In this document: in pieces, positions 51,389 to 62,273 of the stretch
How positions within the stretch are numbered: the first letter of the stretch is position 1
Layout of the letters: the number at the start of each line of letters is the position of its first letter
Assembly (NCBI RefSeq): GCF_004010195.1
Contig: NC_057728.1
Span: forward strand, 48,179,521-48,243,520
DNA length: 64,000 nucleotides
Origin: Chiloscyllium plagiosum
Taxonomy: Eukaryota
Direction of reading: 5' to 3'
Translations under genes and position numbers: made by a program
Notes under the pieces: model-generated
Seen by the model: only the letters and a program-made list of their open reading frames with translations
Told to the model about the DNA's origin: nothing
The model's database searches: none

Positions 51389-51932
51389 TGCTTCCAATTA
51401 AACCTGTTGGACTATAACCTGGTGTTGTGTGATTTTTAACCATATTAAAGAAGACATCTTCAACCATTCAGACATCAGATAGTGAGTGCTATAATCTACT
51501 TGTTCATACAGTGCTCCTCTGTTATACGCAGAATGGTAAAACTTCTGCCTGGAAAGGGTGTCAGGACAATTCTCTCCTATTAGGCTATACTGTATCAATT
51601 GCCCCAGCAACTAAAGACAACCTCCTCCTGCTTCTGCTCCTGCTACTTTTACTCTTCCTCTGTTTGCAGCTTTAACAACAGCCGTAGTCCACTGGTAACA
51701 TTAATGTTCAGGTTAATGATTCGCAAAATCTGGTAAATATCCTAGAATTTCACTATTTAGCTGAGAGTATGATCTGGTGGAAGTATTTTTCATCAGTAGT
51801 AGCAACAATGACTGCAGCAATTATTATCATAAGCATTACTGTTGCTGTGTAACACCATGGGATTCCAGTTTGCTGTTTAACAGTTTTTGTATTGTTCTTC
51901 CCCAGAACTTTCTAACTTTTTGACCTGCCTGT

Positions 51933-52270
51933 GGGGCGGTGATGGCCTGGTGGTATTATTGCTGGATTGTTAATCCAGCTATCCAGCTAATGTTCTGGGT
52001 TCAAATCCCAGTGTTGCAGTTAGTGGAATTTGATCACAATAAAAATCTGGAATTAAGAGTTTAATGATGACCATAAAGCCATTGTCTATTGTTGGGGGGA
52101 AACCCCATCTGATTCACTAATACCTTTTAGGAAAGGAAACTGTCAACTTTACCTCATCTGGCTTACACGTGTCTCCAGACCTACACCAATGTGGTTGACT
52201 TTTAACTGTCATCTGGGATGGGCAATAAATTCTGGTCAAACCAACAACACCCAGATCCTGTGAATAAATT
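51933..52270 (+). mobile_element. tRNA-derived SINE, second family (related decayed copies near 19100-19470 -, 46725-46995 +, 54490-54812 -, 55200-55590 -)
   Basis: TGGCCTGGTGG (A-box), GTTCAAATCC (B-box), body CATCTGATTCACTAAT..CCTTTTAGG and tail GATGGGCAATAAAT..CTGG. Confidence 0.7.
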
Positions 52271-53415
52271 TTAAAAAACTGAAAAATAACAATTTTGGAG
52301 GAAACTAGAATATAGAATAACACTGCAACAAATTTGAATTTAAAACTGTATCCATAATTTAAACAATTGTTAACAATTATTCTATCATAAATCTGGTCAT
52401 CCAGAAAGGAAAGCAGACACTCCGACTGTGTTGTCTCTTTCAATATTGTAGCATGTATCAAAGTCGAGGGATTTAAATCAGATATTTTGGCACATCTGAA
52501 CAAAGTATGTTCCAATGTACTTTACTTATATAATCATATAAATGGCGTGCTGTAGATTATGTATTAAAAATGTGTATGATGTAAAAAACACATGAAACAT
52601 GCTTACATAAATTATGATAGTCGTTACTGTTTTGATGTGAATTAAGTATCTTTCCACAATAAGAAATAATAACAAATGTCAGACTACTTTTGATACATTT
52701 ATACAATTATACTGGTTTCAACTCAGATCACCGCTAATCTTCACCTTAAAATGTTTAAAATTCTTATTGATGTACAGCACATAAGCAAACCAACAGACAA
52801 GTCCTTGCTTTTAGTAAAAGAAAAATATCTGCTGACAACCGAGTGCAAATATTTATCTGACATACGATAAACAATATCATGAACTATTCCAATTTGGAAG
52901 TACTTAAGGCCAGTTGACAAGTAAATTAAAGCAATAAATATCATTTCTTTTGAGTTGAAAGGAAACAGTGACAGACATTAGTAAATATACTTTACATTCT
53001 AAACATTTCCATGCAGGATTAAAAAGCCTTATAAATGGAATATTGTAATTTTATGAGTGATCCAAAAATGCCAAACATACTTCTGAAAGATATCAAATTA
53101 AAATAGAATTGTTACTCATTCCAAACCAACCAGGATGTTGTCTCAATTCAGAGAGGATAAGCTGATAAGAAAAACACTCCTCTCCCAAAGAATTCCCAAA
53201 GTAATTGATTATTTATGTAGTCACGTTGTAGAAAAATGCAGCAACCAGTTTAAAAGGAATAAGGTTCCACAAAGAACAAATGAAATCAATGATAAATTAA
53301 TATATTTTTGGCATCAGTTAAGAGAGGAATGTTGGCCAGAATATTGCAAGAACTCAATGTTCTTCTTCAAGTAATGCCGTGGAATCTTTTCTATCTATCT
53401 AATCAGGCAAATAAA

Positions 53416-54298
53416 TCATAGCGTCATAGAGATGTACAGCATGGAAACAGACCCTTCGGTTCAACCCGTCCATGCTGACCAGATATCCCAACCCAATCTA
53501 GTCCCACCTGCCAGCACCTGGTCCATATCCCTCCAAACTCTTCCTATTCATATACCCATCCAGATGCCTGTTAAATGTTGCAATTGTACCAGCCTCCACA
53601 CAGCCTCTGGCAGCTCATTCCATACATGTACCACTCTCTGCGTGAAAAAGTTGCCCCTTAGGTCCCTTTTATATCTTTTCCCTCTCACCCTCTAGTTCTG
53701 GACTCCCCCAACCCAGGGAAAAGACTTTGTCTATTTATCCTATCCACACCCCTCATAATTTTGTAAACCTCTATAAGGTCACCCCTCAGCCTCCGATGCT
53801 CCAGGGAAAACAGCCCCAGCCTGTTCAGCCTCTCCCCATAGCTCAAATCTACCAACCTTGACAACATCCTTGTAAAACATTTCTGAACCCTTTCAAGTTT
53901 CACAACATCTTTCCGATAGGAAGGAGACCAGAATTGCACGCAATATTCCAACAGTGGCCTAACCAATGTACAGCCGCAACACGACCGCCCAACTCCTGTA
54001 TTCAATACTCTGACCAATAAAAGAAAGCGTACCAAACACCTTCTTCACTATCCTATTTACCTGCGACTCCACTTTCAAGGAGCTATGAACCTGCCCTCCA
54101 CGGTCTCTTTGTTCAGCAACATGCCCTAGGACCTTACCATTAAGTGTATAAGTCCTGCTAAGATTTGCATTCCCAAAATGCAGCACCTCGCATTTAACTG
54201 AATTAAACTGCATCTGCCACTTCTCGGCCCATTGGCCCATCTGATCAAGATCCAGTTGTAATCTAAGGTAACCTTCTTCACTGTCCACTACACCTCCA
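53416..54298 (-). mobile_element. CR1 LINE, 5'-truncated, young family
   Basis: ORFs 53959..54288 and 53685..54035: DSEEGYLRLQLDLDQMGQWAEKWQMQFN..LERVQK..LRGDLIEVYKIM. Confidence 0.92.
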
Positions 54299-55992
54299 AA
54301 GTCTTATCGCCTTTAATGTCTCTTCTGAAGATTGCTACATCTAACAAGGCAGAACTCAATCAATGGCTCTCTAAGCTACTCCAACTTATTGGGGTGATCC
54401 CTGACTTTCCAAATCAGAGAATAGAATGCAATCAACTGAGCTAAGCCAAAAATGTATTAAATAATCAATTTAGAATTTGTCCTTTTTTTGTAGTTTAATG
54501 AAATGGGGCATTGCTGGCAAGGCCAGCATTTGTTCCTTATCTCTAATTTCCTTTGAACTGATTGGCTTGCTCGGCCATTTCAAAGAACAGTAAACCACGT
54601 TACTGTGGGTCTGGAGTCACATGTAGGCTGAACCAAGTAAAGGTGGCAGATTTTCTTTGCAACAGAGCATTAATAGTCACTATTACTTGAGTCTAGCTAT
54701 ATATTGCAGATTTACTGACTGAACCAGCAAACCATTAGCTGCCACAATTGAATTTGATTGGCCTGGACTACTGGACTACTAATCCACTGACACTACCACT
54801 ATGCTATCATCTTTCTATTTAGTCATGTTGCTGTTCCAAAAAAAATAAATTTGAAATCTGATTTTCAGAAGTTTATAAACTGATGGGTATTTCAGAGGTT
54901 TGGCATAGTGCGTTGAACTTAGTGCATTCCTTTGTGCTGTAAGTTCTATAATTCTCAGGAAATGAGAAAGCTTTGGACATTTAGATTTGTGGTACATTTC
55001 ATTTTGCAGCAGCTTTTCCATTCAATGACATGATCATATGAGCAGAAAAATAGAAACTATAAAAAAAATTATTTCATCACTAACTCTTTTACTTGAAAGG
55101 AATCTTACAAAATTGGTGCTTTTTTTTAGTTTTATAAGTGTTGGTTATAACCACTAATTTATGCCTTTTATGGATTATACAGTTGGCATTCATGGCAGGA
55201 AATTTATTTTTTCATTCTCAAAATTTAGGCGTGACTGACAAGGCTGGAGTTTTTTTGCCCAGCCTGGCTGGTACATAGTTGATAGTAAACCTAATGTTTC
55301 TACAATTCCAGAGTTTTCTAGATTACTTCAGGGAGCAGTTAAGTGTCAATGGTGGTGGTGGGGGATCAGGTAAGGATAGCAAGTTTCCTTCTGTAAAGGG
55401 CATTACTGAACCAGTTGGACCATTAGGGTCTTGCATCAACTTGACTGCTTTAAAACAATTTCTGATACCATCCTTTTCTCCCTGCATGGTTAAAAATCAC
55501 CTCAAGTTAACAATAGAATTTGAATTTTTTAATATGGATTATTAGTTTTGGCCTTCGGTTATTAATTCAGGAATACAAGAACTAACTATTGTAAGGTTAT
55601 TTATTTAGATTAATTAATTTTGTTTACACTTTAATATAACAAGCAGGAGAACAAAGTGTTATTATAACAACCTACCAATGTATCTAATCATTTACAAATA
55701 CTAATTTGAAAGCAAATTTGCCTTTTTAAAACATCTGCCTTCTACTAATGTGAAATTGCCTATGATGAAAAAGACACCAGGGAGTACAGTGACATCTATA
55801 ATTGCTGCTGAGTGTTTGAGGAACTAAAAATGAAGGCATCCAAGAAATGTAAGAAAATGTAAAAATATAACTGAACTAGATTGTAAAAGGGTTTAAAAAC
55901 AGATTGCATTCACTACCTATGGACGGCATATCAAAATGGAGCACAATCTAAACTAAAATGCACTCATATTGTGGCACCTTCTGGGATGGTTT

Positions 55993-56205
55993 GAAACAAA
56001 AACAGGAAATGTTGGACAAAGTCAGCAGGTCTGGCAGCATCTATAGAGAGAAAGAGGAGTCAATATTTTGGGTCTTTTGACCCTTCCTCAGAACAGGTCA
56101 CTGAAGCCCAAATGTTGACTTTGCTTTCTCTCCTCAGATGCTGCCAGACTCTCTGAGCTACGCTAGCAGTTTTTGTTTTTGTTTCAGACTTCCAGCATCC
56201 TTTTT
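55993..56205. mobile_element. Palindromic mini PLE-terminus element
   Basis: GAAACAAAAACAGG..TCTGGCAGCATCT and AGATGCTGCCAGA..TTTTTGTTTC arms around a decayed CCTTCCTCAG hammerhead remnant. Confidence 0.7.
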
Positions 56206-56240
56206 TTACTCCATGGGATGATATGTAACAGACTCTTGAC

Positions 56241-56276
56241 TTGGGCATTATAAAGGGATTGGGCATTATAAAGGGA
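56241..56276. repeat. Perfect 18-bp tandem duplication
   Basis: TTGGGCATTATAAAGGGA x2. Confidence 0.95.
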
Positions 56277-56327
56277 TTGCAGCATCTGACTGAAATATAC
56301 TGTCCCATGGAAAGAAGAGAGGAGAGA

Positions 56328-58225
56328 AGGAATACAGAGGAGGAAGCACTGGATGTCTTGAAACATATGGAAGTGGATAAATCTCCAGGACCTGATCAGG
56401 TGTACCCTAGAGCTCTGTGGGAAGCTAGGAAAGTGATTGCTGGGCCTCTTGCTGAGATATTTGCATCGTCGATAGTCACAGGTGAGGTGCCTGAAGACTG
56501 GAGGTTGGCTAATGTGATGCCACTGTTTAAGAAGGGTGATAAGGACAAGCCAGGGATCTATAGACCAGTGAGCCTGACGTTGGTGGTGGGCAAGTTGTTG
56601 GAGGAAATCCTGAGGGACAGGATGTACATGTATTTGGAAAGGCAAGGACTGATTAGGGATAGTCAACATGGTTTTGTGCGTGGGAAATCATGTCTCACAA
56701 ATTTGATTGAGTTTTTTGAAAAAGTAACAAGGAGGATTGATGAGGGCAGAGGAGTAGATGTGATGTCTATGGACTTCAGTAAGGCATTCGACAAGGTTTC
56801 CCATGGGAGACTGATTAGCATACAGGGAGAACTGGGTGGCACAGTGGTTAGCGCTGCTGCCTCACAGCGCCAGAGACCCGGGTTCAATTCCCGCCTCAGG
56901 TGACTGAGTGTGTGGAGTTTGCACATTCTCCCTGTGTCTGCACGGGTTTCCTCTGGGTGCTCTGGTTTCTTCCACAGTCCAATGTGCAGGTTAGGTGAAT
57001 TGGCCACGCTAAATTGCCCATAGTGTTAGGTAAAGGGGTAAATGTAGAGGAATGGGTCTGGGTGGGTTGCGCTTCAGCGGGTTGGTGTAGACTTGTTGGG
57101 CCGAAGGGCCTGTTTCCACACTGTAAGTAATCTAAACTAGTCACTTGGATACAGAGCTGGCTCAAAAGTAGAAGACAGAGAGTGGTGGTGGTGGAGGGTT
57201 GTTTTTCAGACTGGAGGCCTGTGACCAGTGGAGTGCCACAAGGATCGGTGCTGGGTCCTCTATTTTTTGTCATTTACATAAATGATTTGGATGCAAGCAT
57301 ATGAGGCACAGTTAGTAAGTTTGCAGATTGGAGGTGAGTGGAAAGCGAAGAGGGTTACTTCAGATTACAACAGGATCTGGACCAGATGGCCAACGGGCTG
57401 AAAAGTGGCAGATGGAGTTTAATTCAGATAAATGCGAGGTGCTGCATTTTGGGAAAGCAAATCTTAGCAGGACTTATACACTTAATGGTCAGGTCCTAGG
57501 GAGTGTTACTGAACAAAGAGACCTTGGAGTGCAGGTTCATAGCTCCTTGAAAGTGGAGTCGCAGGTAGATAGGATAGTGAAGAAGACGTTTGGTATGCTT
57601 TCTTTTATTGGTCAGAGTATTGAGTGCAGGAGTTGGGAGGTCATGTTGCGGCTGTACAGGACATTGTTTAGGCCACCGTTGGAATATTGCGTGCAATTCT
57701 GGTCTCCTTCCTATTGGAAAGATGTTGTAAAACTTGAAAGGGTTCAGAAAAGATTTACAAGGATGTTGCCAGGGTTGAAGGATTTGAGCTATAGTGAGAG
57801 GCTGAACAGGCTGGGGCTGTTTTCCCTGCAGTGACGGAGGCTGAGGGGTGATCTTATAAAGGTTTACAAAATTATGAGGGGCATGGATCGGGTAAATAGA
57901 TAAAGTCTTTTCCCTGGGGTTGGGGAGTCCAGAACTAGAGGGCATAGGTTTAGGGTCAGAGGGGAAAGATATAAAAGAGACCTACGAGGCAACTTTTTCA
58001 CACAGAAGGTGGTACGTATATGGAATGAGCTGCAGAGGAAGTGACGGAGGCTGGTACAATTGCAACACTAAAGAGGCATTTGGATGGGGATATGAATCGG
58101 AAGGGTTTGGAGGGATATGGGCCGGGTGCTGGCAGGTGGGACTAGATTGGGTTGGGATATCTGGTCGACATGGACAAGTTGGACAGAAGGGTCTGTTTCC
58201 ATGCTGTCCATCTCTATGACTCTAT
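56328..58225 (+). mobile_element. CR1 LINE RT region to 3' tail, interrupted by a SINE
   Basis: DKSPGPD..VPEDWRLANVMPLFKKG..YRPVSLT..SQHGFVRGKSCLTNL..DFSKAFDKV, then [10 protein letters not shown] and the CR1 tail TCTATGACTCTATGA. Confidence 0.93.
56833..57134 (+). mobile_element. HE1/V-SINE-like SINE inserted in CR1
   Basis: GGCACAGTGGTTAGCGCTGCTGCCTCACAGCGCC..GGTTCAATTCC..CCTGTTTCCACACTGTAAGTAATCTA. Confidence 0.88.
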
Positions 58226-58416
58226 GAATATCAAGCTGATGGATATGGTGGTGCTGCAATCAGATTAGTAACCTGAAGGGGAAATGATAAATTATTGGTG
58301 TATATACAGCACGATTAAATCCAACACGCTAGAAACAAGCAACATTCCAATGACATTTCCTGTTAATGATGTGAGTTGGAGACTTTGCAGAGCTTTGGTG
58401 AGAAGGCAGTGTGATT

Positions 58417-58680
58417 CATTAGATTACTTAGTGTGGAAACAAGCCCTTCGGTCCAACAAGTCCATACTGACCCTCCGAAGCACAACCCACCCATACATTT
58501 ACCCCTTCACCTAACACTACGGGCAATTTAGCATGGCCAATTCACCTAACCTGCACATATTTGGACTGTGGGAGGAAACCCACGCAGACACAGGGAGAAT
58601 GTGCAAACTCCACACACAATCGCCTGAGGCGGGAATTGAACCAGGGTCTCTGGCGCTGTAAGGCAGCAGTGCTAACCACT
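58417..58680 (-). mobile_element. HE1/V-SINE-like SINE
   Basis: Reverse complement of the 56833 subfamily (TAGATTACTTAGTGTGGAAAC..GGCAGCAGTGCTAACCACT). Confidence 0.88.
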
Positions 58681-59172
58681 AGATACATGTTTCAAGGAGC
58701 AGGTATGATGGCCCAAATGTCAGAGTTTCATAATTATTGAGTGAGTTGTGTTCCTGTTGTTCAATCCGTGAGGTGCAGAACTACACCCTCTCCATGTTTC
58801 AACGTATCTAAAATCAATTACATTGTAGCTTATGCACAGATCCTAAGTTTCAGAAGAAAGTTATCATCCGTTGGTTTCTGTTGATGCTCAGTTGTGGAAT
58901 TAACAGTTCCTGAAATGTAAGTCTATTGTACAACTTTCAGTCAAACCTTCTTAGATAATCAAATAAATTACTAGATCAGTTTCAATGCATTTCTCCCTCC
59001 AGGGTGCACTAACAAGGGAGACCCTGAAATGTAAAACTGATTTATTGACAGAAATCTAGGGGGGGGAAGGGGCCAGTTAAAGTCAAGGCGAGGTTGGCTG
59101 CTTGTAACAAGGTGAAGTTCAGAACTTGAGAGTATAGCGTTTAAAACACAAGCAGCGCAGGTTGTGTGTCAT

Positions 59173-59354
59173 GATTTGGAGATGGCCGGTGTTGGACTGG
59201 GGTGTACAAAGTTAAAAATCACACAACACCAGGTTATAGTCCAACAGGTTTAATTAGAAGCACACTAGCTGATGAAGGAGCGGCACTCCGAAAGCTCGTG
59301 TGCTTGCAATTAAACCTGTTGGACTATAACCTGGTGTTGTATGATTTTTAACTT
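59173..59354. mobile_element. Palindromic PLE-derived element (51211 family) with one intact + strand hammerhead core
   Basis: CTGATGA-A-GGAG-CGGCA-CTCC-GAAA-GCTC at 59269-59297; the minus-strand core is deleted. TSD-like CAG(G/T)TTGTGTGT. Confidence 0.85.
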
Positions 59355-59399
59355 CAGTTTGTGTGTGTGTGTGTGAGAGAGAGAGGCGACAGGACCAAG

Positions 59400-61222
59400 A
59401 GAAAGCAGTGCGCCGCATGACCTTATTGTTTGCCTTTTGGCAGTCTGTTGTAAATAACTCGGCGGGTTATGTGCAAGTTCAGATTCTTGCGAGACAAAAA
59501 GTTCTGCAAAGCCCTTTCCTCCTGATAAAGGCTCGAATCAAAGTTAGAAAAATGACAGGAAGCGCCGGGTAAGTATATGGACGAAGCCGGGCTGACTATT
59601 AAAGCACATCCTGGCCCTCCCATTGCCTGACATCCGCACTTTCCTCTCCCAGAACAGTGCAAACGCCGCCGCTCTTTTGTTCGCTGCCTTCTGTGAATAA
59701 TTGACTTATGGAGAATATCTAAACAATTTACTTTTATCAAGCTAAACACAATCGAGCAGTTCGGGGGGGGGGGAGGTTGGCGGTGGACTTGAATGTCAAT
59801 GTGAAACTGCACTTTGTTGGAGTCCCGCGATTTAAAATTCTCATTTCTGTGAACATGAAACAAAGGTGACCCTTTCACTTGGCGGGTGGACAACACAGTT
59901 GCAGAGTCTAATGCAAAGCCTGCATTTTAGAACAGACACCGAGAACAGCCAACATTTGAAAACTGGCTGGCACTGACAACGGAAAACAAAATTAGACAGG
60001 TCCAATGAGCCTAGGAAGTGACTAAACAGTGCAGTGGATTCAAAAAAGACAAGGGAACAGATTGGTGGTAAATCAAAAACACACAAATTATGCAACATTA
60101 AGGGAGAAGAGGAGCAAAGGAAGAGAAACAGAATAAAGTGGTTCATAAAATCAAAGAGAGAGGGAAACTCAGCTTTAAGAATTGGAATAAGTGCATGTTC
60201 AGGTCTCCAGTATCCTCAGTGCTTGCTTTTAAGCACTGAGGATACTGTCCTTTTTATAATCTCCCAGAATGGGACTTGGAGATTATAAGAAGGACAGCCT
60301 GAGGAGGAGAGATAAACGATTGATAGCAAAAGGACTGAGAGATAGAAAATCGGGGGCGTGGGGAGGAGATGGAGATACGGTTTAATTCTGTACACAGGAA
60401 GCGGCGAAAGAAACTAAAGGTGAATAAAGTGCGGAGTCCGAACAGTGTGTCGAGCGAGTGTAGAAAGTTTGACGGAGAGGCGGGGAGGGGGAGGAGAAGG
60501 GAAAGGCGGCTCGTCCACGAGAGGTAAAGAAAATAAACAGATTATCCCCGAAAAAAGTGAGAGTAGGTCTGAGTGAAGGAGCTGGGAGGGTCAGTGCAGT
60601 CAGGAGGAGGGAGTTGGAGGAGGGGACGCGAGAGTGGAGGGTATGTTTGGGGGCTGCCTTTCACAACTCGGAAACTCCAAGATTAGATGCCGGGAGGATT
60701 TGCACTTTTCGAAGCGAGGCCGTAGGGATTTTGAAAATTAAGTCCCAAGCCTGGATTAATACTTTGGAAAGAGCTGAGGAAATTCACTCTTGATTGAGGA
60801 AGTCAATGGAAGCGGTTCAGCTGAGTGACTGGGTCAGGATGGCAGCGTGGGAACTCCAGCCCACAGTTCACACCGTCTCCCTGTACACTGGGAGCCAGCT
60901 CCAGCCCAACGCCACAGATTCCAGCCGATCCCACTGCTACCCGCCTTACTCCAGCGGAGTGCTCGAGTAGACCCCATCGCAAGAGAGATAAACTAACCTC
61001 GGGAATACTTTGGGAGCACATCGAGGAGTTTCTCTGCGGTCAACAGGTGTCTCTCTCTCTCTCTCTGCAACACAGAACTCCCTCAAGAATTTGGATTGTG
61101 TGAAAGTGCTGGTTTGGAAAGATCACTGGTCGCTGTAGAGATTGTCACTCACAGATCTGTACAGTATTGATGTAACATACCTTTTAGTCCGGGAGGACCG
61201 GTGGATAAGAATCACACACGCA
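59400..61222 (+). promoter_or_regulatory. PTPRB: Putative internal promoter/enhancer region for the short PTPRB isoform
   Basis: No recognisable interspersed repeat, visibly CpG-richer, directly upstream of the alternative ATG exon. ETS-like ACAGGAAG (59555, 60394) and GAGGAAGT (60796), TGATAA (~59523), several TAAACA/GTAAATA motifs. Confidence 0.5.
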
Positions 61223-61279
61223 ATGCTGGGACCTGAAACAGGGTCCATATTGCTATGGATGGCATTCTGTCTGTTCAAG
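61223..61279 (+). CDS. PTPRB: PTPRB short isoform first coding exon (alternative signal peptide)
   Basis: MLGPETGSILLWMAFCLFK + AAG|GTGAGT (phase 0), in frame with the FN3 exon. Parallels my recall of human MLSHGAGLALWITLSLLQ. Confidence 0.88.
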
Positions 61280-61737
61280 GTGAGTTCTGGTAAAAGTACC
61301 TGCCAAACCTCTTTAATATCCAGGTGATCTTCAGCAGAGTCGCCTGTTGATTTTTGGAACTGAAGCATAATAACACTTGCAGTTCTAAGGTGAAATTAAA
61401 CTACAATTGCGTTTTTTGTTTGTTGGTCTCGTACTCAGTCACCCACGATGTACGTTTGGAAAAAAATGTGTTTACGGGAAAAAGAGGCACGCGTAACTTT
61501 TTCCTCTTTAGGATATTTGCAAAAATTGCCAAATGTGAAAGGGAACAACAACAATGTAATGTTGATGAATGCAAAACAAAAGTTTCCAAAACCTATCTTT
61601 TTTTTGTCAGAATTATTCAAGTGCTGTACTAGCACAGGAACATTTACAAACCATTTATAAAGTTCGCCCACGCTGTGCGCTGGAAGGAAATGTTGGATTA
61701 ATTGCTTTGTTTGCGTGTGTCTTACTTTTCATTCCAG

Positions 61738-62014
61738 TATGGGATTGTGGAGGCTGAGAGATGCGCGGTTAACATGACTGGCATCAGCCAGACCGGGGAT
61801 ACCGTCCACCTTGTGTGGAACAGCCCGGGGAGCGCCTGCAACTTCAGCGTGGCTTACAAATGGAACCAGTCCTGGGTGGAGAGCTGCAAACCCGCTCTGT
61901 CCAGCGGAGCTGCCTACGAGTGTGAGGTGAACGAGCTGGAGGCGGGCAGACTACACCGGCTCTTGATTGTGTCGCTTACTGACGGGCTATCGGCAAATAT
62001 AACAGTGCAGACAG
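61738..62014 (+). CDS. PTPRB: PTPRB first fibronectin type III exon
   Basis: TTTTCATTCCAG| (phase 0) to CAG|GTAAGA (phase 1). YGIVEAERC..VHLVWNSPGSACNFSVAY..YECEVNELEAG..IVSL..VQT resembles human TGLAEPERC..GSPCNFSLIY..LQAG..VLQT. Four N-glycosylation sequons. Confidence 0.93.
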
Positions 62015-62184
62015 GTAAGATACAGACCTGGACATCATAGAAACGGACGAAAGAGGCGGGAGGAAACTTATTATATATAATTGGGTGGGGGTGGGGCTAT
62101 CAACAAAGGTATTAGATGTTATTAAATGTATGATACAATACGTTAGTTGACCAGGTCAGATGTCGCACGACATCATAGCTTGTG

Positions 62185-62273
62185 ATTTCAAATAAACCTG
62201 TTGGACTATAACTTGGTGCCGTGTGACTTGTGGCATTGTCCACCCCAGTCCAACAACGGCACCTCCACATCAT
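62185..62273 (-). mobile_element. Fragment of the 51211-family element
   Basis: CAAATAAACCTGTTGGACTATAAC..CCCCAGTCCAACAACGGCACCTCCACATCAT. Confidence 0.8.

Larger units (their letters stand above)
51211..51440. mobile_element. 230-bp palindromic PLE-derived element with back-to-back hammerhead motifs; 17-bp TSD
   Basis: About 96-bp arms around the central palindrome TTGTCTGATCAGACAA (51336-51351). TSD CATATTAAAGAAG(T/A)CAT at 51194-51210 and 51441-51457. Confidence 0.9.

Noticed and set aside
56241..56903. 220-aa ORF as an active or domesticated RT gene
   Set aside because: 5'-truncated CR1 fragment interrupted by a SINE, with downstream stops and frameshifts.
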